From the NCBI RefSeq assembly GCF_044704955.1, contig NC_091987.1, forward strand, positions 148,552,001 through 148,616,000: DNA of 64,000 bases, in the 5' to 3' direction. The notes beneath the pieces were generated by a model. It had not been told where the DNA came from, ran no database searches, and saw only the letters and a list, made by a program, of their open reading frames with translations. Both the position numbers and the translations under genes were made by a program. Positions 21,767 to 32,669 of this stretch are shown one piece after another; within the stretch, counting starts at the first letter, position 1, and the number at the start of each line of letters is the position of its first letter. The stretch is from Pristiophorus japonicus (taxonomy: Eukaryota).

Positions 21767-21827
21767 TTCCTGGAAGAAACTGGACTGCAGCCAGTGCAGA
21801 GACTATGGTCTGTGACCGGGGATTTCC
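21767..21827. promoter_or_regulatory. Candidate GAS plus kappaB enhancer
   Basis: TTCCTGGAA (21767-21775) and GGGGATTTCC (21818-21827) in an apparently non-repetitive island. Confidence 0.4.
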
Positions 21828-22039
21828 AGTGTTGTGTAACAGTATTGTGCTAACCGCAGGATTCAGGCCCTGACACTCAGTTACCGGTCGCTGTGTTTCT
21901 CTATAAAACAACAGTGACTACACTTCAAATAATTCACAGGCTGTAGGGTGTCCTAGGGACAGGAACGGTGCTGTATAGACTTGTCTTTGATCAACAATTT
22001 TCTAAAACTTAGCTCACGGACTTTCCAACAGAGATAAAC

Positions 22040-22380
22040 ACAAGGGAGGGGGCGCGGCAGAGAGGGAGAGGGCAGAGAGTGAGGGGGCAGAGAGGGAAGG
22101 GGAGTGGGTAGGGACGGAGGGGAAGGAGGCAGAGATTGAGGAGGCTGATATGGAAGGGGCAGAGAGGGAGAGGGCAGAGAGAGGGCAGAGACGGAGGGGG
22201 AGGGGAGGGGACAAACACAGAACGGGGAGGGGAAGAGGGCAGAGATGGAAGGGGAGGGCAGAGGTGGAAGGGGCAAAAGGGGAGGGGGCAGAGACGGAGG
22301 GGGCAGAGACGGAGGGGGCAGAGACGGAAGGGACACAGAGGGAGAGGGCGGAGACGGAAGGGGCAGAGAGGCAGGGCGGG
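22040..22380 (+). repeat. G-rich minisatellite (GGGGCAGAGA core, ~18 bp unit)
   Basis: Repeated GAGGGGGCAGAGACG variants. Confidence 0.85.
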
Positions 22381-22623
22381 CAGCAGCCCCGGGTGAGTTG
22401 GATATCTGCTTGGGGGGGGCGGAGTTCTGAAGGGTGCTGCTGGGAGAGGGGGTCTGATGCGAGCTGCTGTGGTGGGAGGGAGAGGGAAGGCAGGGGCTGG
22501 ACAGGCCCAGTGACTCTGTCTGGAGCCCAGGGTATCAGTCCTACTCCTCCAGGCCGCCACGGTATAAATTACACGCACCCTGGCCTCTTCTGATCATGTT
22601 CCTCGCTCCCGCCTGGCCTCGAC

Positions 22624-23745
22624 ATAAGAACTTTAGAAATAGGAGCAGGAGTAGGTCATACGGCCCCTCGAGCCTGCTCCACCATTTAATACGATCATAG
22701 CTGATCCGATCATGGACTCAGGTCCACTTCTCTGCCCTCCCCCCCCCCCTTAACCCCTTAATCCCTTATTGGTTAAGAAACTGTCTATCTCTGTCTTAAA
22801 TTTATTCAATGTCCCGGCCTCCACAACTGTCTGAGGCAGAGAAGTCCACAGATTTACAATCCTCTGAAAAAAGAAATTCCTTCTCATCTCAGTTTTAAAT
22901 GGGCGTCCCGTTATTCTAAGATCTTGCCCTCTAGTTCTAGTCTTCACCATCAGTGGAAACATCCTCTCTGCATCCACCTTGTCAACCCCTCTCTTATACG
23001 TTTCGATAAGATCACCTCTCATTCTTCTGAATTCCACTGAGTAGAGGCACAACCTACTCAACCTTTTCTCATAAGTCAACCCCCTCATTCCCGGAATCAA
23101 CCTAGTGAACCTTCTCTGAACTGCCTCCAAAGCAAGTATATCCTTTCGTAAATGTGGAAACCAAAACTGCACGCAGTATTCCAGGTGTGGCCTCACCAAT
23201 ACCCTGTATAACTGTAGTAAGATTTCCCTGCTTTTATACTCCATCCCCTTTGCAATAAAGGCCAAGATTCCATTGGCCTTCCTGATCACTTGCTGTACCT
23301 GCATACTAACTGTTTGTGTTTCATGCACCAGACTCCCAGGTCCCGCTGTACTGCAGCACTTTGCAATTTTTCTCCATTTAAATAATAACTTGCTCTTTGA
23401 TTTTTTTTCTGCCAAAGTGCATGACCTCACACTTTCCAAAATTATATGCCATCTGCCAAATTTTTGCCCACTCACTTAGCCTGTCCATGTCCTTTTGCAG
23501 AATTTTTGTGTCCTCCTCACATATTGCTTTTCCTCCCATCTTTGTATCGTCAGCAAACTTGGCTACATTACACTCGGTCCCTTCTTCTAGTCGTTAATAT
23601 AGATTGTAAATAGTTGGGGTCCCAACACTGATCCCTGCGGCACCCCACTAGTTACTGATTGCCAACCCGCGAATGAACCATTTATCCCGACTCTCTGTTT
23701 TCTGTTTGTTAGCCAATCCTCTATCTATGCTAATATATTACCCCC
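22624..23745 (-). mobile_element. 5'-truncated CR1-type LINE
   Basis: CATAAGAA tail at the left; [26 protein letters not shown]. Confidence 0.9.
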
Positions 23746-23767
23746 TTACCTGCTGAACAGGCCTTGT

Positions 23768-23856
23768 GAGACGAAGAGTCACAGACATGGAATGTTAACT
23801 CGGTTTCTCTCCACAGACGCTGCCCTGAGCCGCTGAGATTTGCAGCAATGTGCTGT
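23768..23856 (+). mobile_element. Possible Penelope-like terminal-repeat relic with a degenerate hammerhead core
   Basis: GACGA-AGAGTC-ACA-GACAT-GGAA-TGTTAACTC..TTTCTCTCCACAGACGCTGCC.TGA..GCTGAG resembles, from recall, the CTGATGA-stem-GAAA repeat of Penelope-like elements. Confidence 0.45.
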
Positions 23857-23923
23857 GGGTCTGGACCTTAAGAAAGCTCACTCTGTCCCTAGTGCTGAGA
23901 GACCGCTTCACATCCCAGTCACA

Positions 23924-24032
23924 GGGAGTTCCCGTGGAGACCATGGGGCGGCGCTGACTGATGGGGCTGTCCAATAATAAATAGACTCAGCATGATGTCA
24001 TTGTTACCAGGCAGAACAACCGGGGAATGTTT
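23924..24032 (-). promoter_or_regulatory. Distal MHC-type X1-X2-Y module with kappaB site and GC box
   Basis: Minus strand: X1 CCTGGTAACAA (24001-24011), X2 TGACATC (23994-24000), 18 bp, Y ATTGG (23971-23975). Also GGGCGG at 23946, kappaB GGGAGTTCCC at 23924-23933, and weak S-like AAACAT at 24027-24032. Confidence 0.65.
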
Positions 24033-27000
24033 AAATTGTCACCCAGCTCGTTTCATGGAAAGAGATAAAACAGGGAAAGGGAGTGAATGAATGAATGAAT
24101 GAAACAGGGAGAGAGAGTGAGAGTCAGTGAGTGAGTGAGAAAGAGTGAGAGAGAGAGTGAAACCCTGACAGTGAGAGCGAGAGAGTGAAACAGGGACGGG
24201 GGGACTGAGAAAGTGAAACAGGGAGAGAGAGAGAGTGAAACAGGGAGAGGGAGAGTGAAAGAGAGTGAGTGAGAGTTAGACGGAGAGAGTGAGAGAGGGC
24301 AAGAGAGTATGAGAGTGAAACAGTGAGAGTGAAAGAGAGAGAGAGATAGAGCGTGTGAAACAGGGACAGTGAGAGAGAGTGAAACAAGGAGGGTGAGAGA
24401 AAGTAAACAGTGAGTGAGAGTGAGAGAGTGAAACAGGGAGAGTGAGAGAGAGAGTGAGAAAGTGAAACAGGGCGAGAGAGAGTGAAACAGGGAGAGTGAA
24501 AGAGAGAGTGAGAGAAAGTGAAACAATGAGAGTGAGAGAGTGAAACAGGGAGAGTGAGAGAGAGAGAGAGAGAGTTAAAGGGAGAGAGTGAGAAAGTGAA
24601 ACAGGGCGAGAGAGAGAGAGTGAGAGAGAGTAAAACAGAGTGAGTGAGGGCGAGTGAAACAGGGAGAATGAGTGATAGAAAGTTAAACGGAAAGAGAGAA
24701 GGACTGAGAAAGTGAAACCGGGCAAGAGAGTGAGAGAGAGCGTGAAACAGGGAGAGTGAGAGAGAGTTAGTGAGTGAGAGTGTGAAACAGTGAGAGTGAG
24801 AGAGTAAAACAGAGAGAGAGTGAGTGAGTGAGAGTGTTAAACAGGACGAGTGAGAGTGAGAGTGAAACAGGGAGAGTGAGAGTGAGAGAGTGAAACAGGG
24901 AGAGCGAGAGTGAGAGAGAGTTAGTGAGTGAGAGGAAATGTTAAATAGGGAAAGAGTGAGAGAGAGAGAGAGTGAAACAGTGAGAGTGAGTGAAACATGG
25001 AGAGGGAGAAACAGGGAGAGTGTGAGAGTGAAACAGGGAGACGGAGAGTGAGTCTCAGAGAGAGAAGCAGGGAGAGGAAAAGAGAGAGTGAGTGAAACAT
25101 GGAGAGTGAAAGTGAGAGTAAAACAGTGAGAATGAGGGAGAGTGAAACAAGGAGAGTGAGAGAGAGTGAAACATGGAGAGTGAGAGAGAGAGAGAAAAAA
25201 AGGAGAGTGAGAGAAAAAGGGGGAGTAAGAAGAGAGTGAAACAGAGAGAGTGAGAGAGTTAAACGGAGAGTGAGACAGTGAAACAGGGCGAGAGAGTGAG
25301 AGAAACAGGGAGAGTGAGAGAGAGGGAAACAGGGCAAGTGAGAGTAAGAAGAGAGTGAAACAGGGAGAGTGAGAGAGTGAGAGTTAAACAGGGAGAGAGA
25401 GAGAGTGTGAGAGAGAAACAGGGAGAGCGAGAGAGAGGGAAACAGGGAGAGAGAGAGTGAGAGAGAGGGAAACAGGGAGAGAGAGAGAGTGAGAGAGTGA
25501 AACTGGGAGAGTGAGGGAGTGAAACAGTGAGAGTGAGTGAAACATGGAGAGGGAGAGAATGAGAGAAACAGGGAGAGAGAGAGAGAATGAAACAGGGAGA
25601 GTGAGAGTGAGAGAGTGAAACCGGGAGAGTGAGGGAGTGAAACAGTAAGAGTGAGTGAAACATGGAGAGGGAGAGAATGAGAGAAACAGGGAGAGAGAGA
25701 GAGAGAGAGTGTGAAACAGGGAGAGTGAGAACGAGAGAATAAAACAGTGAGAGTGAGAATGAGAGTGAAACAAGCAGATTGAGAGAGAGGGAAACAGGGA
25801 GAGGGAGGGGGAGAATGCGAGAGTTAAACAGGGAGAGGGAGAGTATGAGTGAGTGGAACGGGAAAGGGAGTGAGAGAGATTGAAATAGGGAGAGAGAGAG
25901 TGAAACAGGGAGAGTGAGAAAGCGAGGGAGAAAGAGTGAGAGTGAAACAGGGAGAGGGACAGGAAGAGAAAGTGAAACAGAGAGGGAGAGAGGGAGGGAG
26001 AGAGAGGGAGAGAAACAGCGAGAGAGGGAGAGAGTTATTGAGTGAGTGAGAGAGAGTATTAAACAGGGCGAGGGAGAGTAAGAAAGAGTGAAACAGGGTG
26101 AGAGTGAGACTTAAACAGGGAGAGATAGAGTGAGAGAGAGTGAAACAGTGAGTGTGAGTGAAATATGGAGAGAGAGAAACAGGGATAATGAAATAGTGAA
26201 ACAGAGAGAGAGTGAGCGAGTGAAACAGTGAGACGGAGAGTGAGTCTGAGAGAGAGAGAAGCAGGGAGAGTGAGAGAGAGAGTGAGTGAAACATGGAGAG
26301 TAAGAGAGAGTGAAACAGGGAGAGGGAGAGAGAGTTAGAGAGTGAGAGAGAGTGTTAAACAGGGAGAGGGTGAGAGAGAGAGAATGAGAGAAACATGGCA
26401 CGTAAGAGAGAGAGTGAAACAGGGAGAGCGAGAGAGAGTGCTTGAAACCGGGAGAGTGAAAACAGTGAGAGTGAGAGAATCAAACAGGGAAAGTGAGAGA
26501 GAGAAACAGGGAGAGGGACAGAGAGAGAGAGAGAGAGTGTGAAACAGGGAGAATGAGAGAGAGTGCGTGAAACAGGGAGAGAGTGAAACAGGAAGAGTGA
26601 GAGTGTCAAACAGGGAGAGAGGGAGAGTGAAATAGGGAGAGTGAGAGAGAGAGAGAGCAAAACAGGGAGAGGGAGAGAGAAAGTGAAACCGGGAGAGGGA
26701 GAGTGAGTGAAACACGGAGAGGGAGAGTGAGAGAGAGAATCAGGGAGAGTGAGAGATAGAGAGAGTGAAACAGTGAGAGTGAGAGTGAAACAGCAAGAGG
26801 AAGAGTGTGAAAGTGAGTGAGAGAGTGAAACAGGGAGAGAGAGTGAAACAGGGAGAATGAAAGAGAGAATCAGGGAGAGGGAGAGAGAGAGAGAGCGAGT
26901 GAAACAGGGAGAGAGAGTGAGTGAAACAGGGAGAGTGAGAGAGAGTGTGAAACAGGGAGAGTGAGAGAGAGAGTGAAACAGGGAGAGTGAGAGAGAGAGA

Positions 27001-27390
27001 GAGTGAAATGGAGAGAGAGTGAGTGAAGCAGGGAGAGTGAGAGAGTGAGAGTGAAAGAGTGAGTGAGAGTCAAACAGGGAGAGGAAGAGTGTGCGAGAGT
27101 GAAACAGGGATAAAGAGAGAGAGAGAGTGAAACGGGGAGAGTGAGAGAGAGTGAAGCAGGAAGAGTGAGAGAGTGAAACAGAGAGTGAGAATGAGAGAGC
27201 AAAACAGGGAGAGTGAGAGTGAGAGAGTGAAACAGTGAGAGTGAGAGAATCAAACAGGGAAAGGAAGAGTGCGAAAGAGAGTGAGCGAATGAAACAGGGA
27301 GAGTGACAAAGGAGAGAGTGAGAGAGCGAGAGTGAGAGAGAGAGCGAGAGTGAACCAGGGAGAGGGAGAGAGAGAGAGAGAGAGGGAAAT

Positions 27391-27425
<35 letters not shown>

Positions 27426-28278
27426 AACAGGGTGAGAGTGAAACAGGGTGAGAGAGAGAGAGTGAAACCGGGAGAGGGAGAGTGAGTGAAACACGGAGAG
27501 GGAGAGGACGAGAGAGAGAGAAACAGGGAGAGTGGGAGGAAGAGAGTTAAACAGTGAGAGTGAGAGATAGAGAGAGTGAAACAGTGAGAGTGAGAGTCAA
27601 ACAGCAAGAGGAAGAGTGCGAAAGTGAGTGAGAGTGAAACAGGGAAAGAGAGTGAAACAGGGAGGATGAAAGAGAGAAACAGGGAGAGGGAGAGAGAGAG
27701 AGAGCGAGTGAAACAGGGAGAGTGAGAGTGAGAGAGAGAGAGAGTGAAACAGGAAGAGAGTGAGAGAGAGAGGGAAATAGGGAGAGTGAGAGAGAGTGAA
27801 ACCGGGAGAGTGAGAGAGAGTGAAACCGGGAGAGTGAGAGTGAGTGAAACAGGGAGAGGGAGAGTGAGAGCGAGAGAAATAGGGAGTGAGAGTGAGTGAG
27901 TGAAACAGGAAGAGTGGGAGTGAGAGCGCAAAACAGGGAGAGAGAGAGAGAAAGTGAAAGAGTGAGTGAGAGTCAAACAGGAAGAGTGTGAGAGTGAGAT
28001 TGAAACAGGGAGTGAGAGAGAGTGAAACGGGGAGTGAGAGAGAGAGAACCAAAGAGTGGGATAGAGAGAGAGAGAGAGTGAAACAGGGAGAGAGTGAAAC
28101 ATGTAGAGAGTGCGAAAGAGAAACAGGAAGAGGAAGAAAGAGAGATAGCGAATGGAACAGGGAGAGTGAGAGAGATTGAAGCAGGGAGAGGGGGAGAGAA
28201 TGAAACAGGGTGAGTGAGAGATTGAAACAGTGGGAGAGAGAGAGAGAGACAGAGTGAAACAGAGTGAGAGAGTGAAAC

Positions 28279-28313
<35 letters not shown>

Positions 28314-30222
28314 ACCAGGGAGACGGAGAGAGATTGAAACAAGGAGAGGGAGAGTGAAAATGAGTGAAACAGGGAGAGAGAGAGAGAGAGAGAGAGTGGA
28401 ACAGGGAGAGAGGGAGAGAGTGGAACAGGGACAGTGAGAATGAAACAGGGAGTGGGAGAGTGAGAACAAGTAAAATGGAGAGATTGAATCAGGGAGAGTG
28501 AGAGAGAGAAAGAGTGAGAGATTGAAATCGGGAGAGTGAGAGTGAGAGAGAGTGAAACAGGGAGAGAGAGAGTGGGAGAGCAAAACAGGGAGAGTGAGAG
28601 AGAGAGAGTGAAAGAGTGAGTGAGAGTCAAACAGGGAGAGGAAAAGTGTGAGAGTGAGAGTGAAACAGGGATAGAGAGAGAGTGAAACATGGAGAGTGAG
28701 AGTGAGAGAGAGTGAAACAGGGAGAGAGAGTGAGTGAAGTAGGGAGAGTGAGAGAGTGAAACCGGGAGAGTGAGAGTGAGAGTGAAACAGGGAGAGAGAG
28801 TGAGTGAAGCAGGGAGAGTGAGAGAGTGTGAAACAGGGAGAGTGAGAGAGAGTGTAACAGGGAGAGTGAGAGTGGGAGAGCAAATCAGGAGAGTGAGAGA
28901 GAGTGAAAGAGTGAGTGAGAGTCAAACATGGAGAGGAAGAATGTGAGAGTGAGAGTGAAACAGGGATAGAGAGAGAGAGTGAAACAGGTAGAGTGAGAGA
29001 GAAACGGGGAGAGGGAGAGAGAGAGTGAAACAGGGAGAGGTGAGAGTGAGTGAAACGGAGAGTGAAAGAGAGAGAGAAAAACAGTGAAAGTGAGATAGGT
29101 CAAACAGGGAGAGGAAGAGTGTGAAAGAAAATGAGTGAAACAGGGAGAGTGAGAGAGAGAGTGAAACAGGGCGAGTGAGAGTGAAACAGTGAGAGTGAGA
29201 GTGAGAGAGCAACACGGATAGAGGAGGAGTGCAAAATTGAGTGAGAGAGTAAAACGGAGAGTGAGAGAGAGTGAGTGAAGCAGGGAGAGGAAGATCGAGA
29301 GAGTGAAACAGGGAGAATGAGGGTGAGAGAGAGTTAGTGAATGTGTGAGAGAGAGTGTTAAACAGAGAGAGGGTGAGAGAGTAACTGAAACAGTGAGAGT
29401 GAGTGAAACATGGAGTGGGAGAGAAAGAGAGAATAAGAGAAACAGGAAGAGTGAGAGAGTGAAACAGAGAGAGAGTGAGAGTGTGAAACAGGGAGATGGA
29501 GAGTGAGTCTGAGAGAGAGAGAGAAGCAGGGAGAGAGAGAGAGAGAGTGCATGAAACATGGAGAGGGCTACGGAGAGAGAGAGAGTGAAACTGGGAGAGG
29601 GAGGGAGAGAGTGAAACAGGGAGAGATAGAGAGAGTGAGAGATAGAGAGAGTGAGAGATAGAGAGAGTGAGAGATAGAGAGAGAGAGATAGAGAGAGAGA
29701 GAGAAAGAGAGAGTGAAACAGGGAGAGTGAGAGAGGGTGCGTGAAACAGGGAGAGAGTGAAACAGGGAGAGTGAGAGATTCAAACAAGTAGAGAGAGAGA
29801 AGCTGGAGAGTGTGAGAGAGTGTGAAATAGGGAGAGAGAGAGTGAGAAAGAGTGAATCAGGGAGAGAGAGAGAGAGAGAGCAGGGACGGTGAGAGTGACA
29901 GTGAGAGAGTGAAACCAGGAGAGTGAGAATTAAACCGGGAGAGAGTGAGAGTGAGAGAGAGTGAAACAGGGAGAGTGAGAGAATGAGTGAGTGAGTGAAA
30001 CTGGGAGAGGGAGAGTGAGTCAGAGTAAAACAGGGAGGGAGAGTGAACCAGGGAGAGTGAGAGAGAATGAAACAGGGAGAGAGAGTGAAACAGGGAGACT
30101 GAGAGAGTGAGTGAGTGGAACAGTGAGAGTGAGAGTGAGAGAGTGAAGCAGGGAGAGAAAGAGTGCGGAAGAGAGTGAGAGTGAGTGAAACAGGGAGAAT
30201 GAGAGAAAGAGGGAGAAAGCAA

Positions 30223-30253
<31 letters not shown>

Positions 30254-31496
30254 TGAGAGTGAACCATGGAGAGAGAGTGAGAGAGATTGAAATAGGGAGA
30301 GGGAGTGAGAAAGAGTGAAACAAGGGTAGAGAGAGAGAACAAGAAAGAGAGAGAAAGAATGAGATGAAACATGGAAAGGGAGAGAAATAGAGAATGAGAG
30401 AAACAGGGAGAGTGAGTGAGAGAGAGAGAGTGTGAAACAGGGAGAGGGAGAATGAGAGAGAGTGAAATAGAGAGTGTGAGTGAAATATGCAGAGGAAGAG
30501 ATAGAGAGAATGAGAGAAACAGGGAGAGTGAGAGAGTGAAACATGGAGAGTGAAACAGTGAGAGTGAGAGAGTCAAATAGGGAGAGTGAGAGAGAGAAAC
30601 AGGGAGAGGAGGAGAGAGCGAGAGTGAGAGAGAGAAACAGAGAGTGAAACAGAGAAAGTGAGAGTGAAACAGGGAGAGGGAGAGTGAAAAAGAGTGAAAC
30701 AGAGAGAGAGAGAGAGAGAGAGAGAAGCAAGGAGAGTGAGAGTGTGAAACCGGGAGAGTGAGAGTGAAACTGGGAGAGTGAGAGTGTCAAACAGGGAAAG
30801 TGTGAGAGAGAAACAGGGAGAGAGAGAGAGCGAGAAAGAGAGTGAAACAGGAAGAGTGAGAGAGGGTGCGTGAAACAGGGAGAGAGTGAAACAGGGAGAG
30901 TGAGAGAGTCAAACAGGTTGAGAGAGAGAGAAGCAGGAGAGTGAGAGTGAAAATGGAGAGTGAGAGAGAGAGAATGAAACAGGGAGAGGAAGAAAGAGTG
31001 AAACAGGGAGAATGCGAGTGTGAAACGGAGAGTGAGAGTGAGAGTGAGAGAGCAACACAGGGAGAATGAGGGAGAGAGAGAGAGAGAGAGCCAGGGAGAG
31101 GGAGAGTGAGAGAGATTGAAAGAGAGAGAGGGGGAGAGAGGGAAACAGGGAGAGTGAGAGAAAGAGAAAGAGAGTGTGAAACAGGGTGAGAGTGTACCAG
31201 GGTGAGTGAGAGATTGAAATCGGGAGAGTGAGAGTGAGAGAGAGTGAAACAGGGAGAGAGAGTGAGTGAAGCAGGGAGAGTGAGAGTGGGAGAGCAAAAT
31301 AGTGAGAGTGAGAGAGAGAGAGAGATAGAGAGAGTGAAAGAGTGAGTGAGAGTCAAACAGAGAGAGGAAGAGTGTGAGAGTGAGAGTGAAACAGGGATAG
31401 AGAGAGAGAGTGAAACAGGGAGAGGGGGAGAGAGGGAAACGGAGAGTGAGAGAGAGAGAAAGAGCGTGTGAAACAGGGTGAGAGGGTGAGTGAGAC

Positions 31497-31528
<32 letters not shown>

Positions 31529-32669
31529 TGAAAGAGTGAGTGAGAGTCAAACAGGGAGAGGAAGAGTGTGAGAGTGAATGAAACAGGGATATAGAGAGCG
31601 TGAAACAGGGAGAGTGAGAGAGAGAGTGTGAAGCAGGGAGTGTGAGAGAGAGTTAAACGGAGAGAGCGAGTGAGAAAGTGAAAGAGGGCGAGAGAGAGAG
31701 TGAAACAGGGTGAGTGAGAGTAAGAGAGTGAAACCGGGAGAGTGAGAAAGTGAAACAGGGAGAGGGAGAAAGAGTTAGTGAGTGAGAGGGAGTATTAAAC
31801 AGGGAGAGGGTGAGAGAGAGAGAGAGAGTGAAACAGTGAGAGTGTGAAAAGAGAGAGTGAGAGAGTGAAACAGGGAGAGTGAGAGAGTGAAACAGGGAGA
31901 GTGAGAGAATAAAACAGTGAGAGTGAGAATGAGAGAGAGTGCAACAGGGAGATCGAGAATGCGAGCGTGAAACAGGGAGTAGGAGAGAGAGAGAGTGAAA
32001 CAGGGAGTGGGAGAGAGAGTGAGAGTGAAACTGGGAGAGTGAAAGTGACAGAGAGTTAGTGAGTGAGAGTGTTAAGCAGGGAGAGAGTGAAAGAGAGAGT
32101 GAAACAGTAGAGTAAGTGAAACAGGGAGAGGGAGAGAAAGGGGGAGGGAGAGAGAGAGAGAGAGAAAGAGAGTGAAACAGGGAGAGTGAGAGAGAGTGCG
32201 TGAAACAGGGAGAAAGTGAAACAGGGAGAGTGAGAGAGGGAGAGAGAAGCAAGAGAGTGAGAGTGAGAGTGAAACAGGGAGAGTGAGAGAGAGAGAATGA
32301 AACAGGGAGAGGGAGAGAGTTAGTGAAACCGGGAGAGGGAGAGTGAATGAAACATGGAGAGGGAGAGGGAGAGAGAGAGAGAGAGAAACAGGGAGAGTGG
32401 GAGAGGGAGAGAGAGAAACAGGGAGAGTGGGAGAGGGAGTGTGAAACAGGGAGAGGGAGAGTGAGAGAGAGTGAAATAGAGAGTGTGAGTGAAACATGGA
32501 GAGGGAGAGATAGAAAGAATGAGTGAAGCAGGGAGAGGGAGAGAATGTGTCAAACAGGGAGCGTGAGAGAATGAAACAGGGAGTGTGAGAGTGAGTGAAA
32601 CAGGGAGAGTGAGAGAGAGAGAGAGAGTGAAACAGGGTGAGGGAGAGTGAGAGAGAGTGAAATAGAGAG

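Noticed and set aside
23795-23944. 49-codon minus-strand ORF with a Kozak-like start (GCCGCCCCATGG) as an alternative leader
   Set aside because: Not hydrophobic, only ~27 bp from the Y box, and its internal donor is phase 0, incompatible with the phase-1 alpha1 exon.
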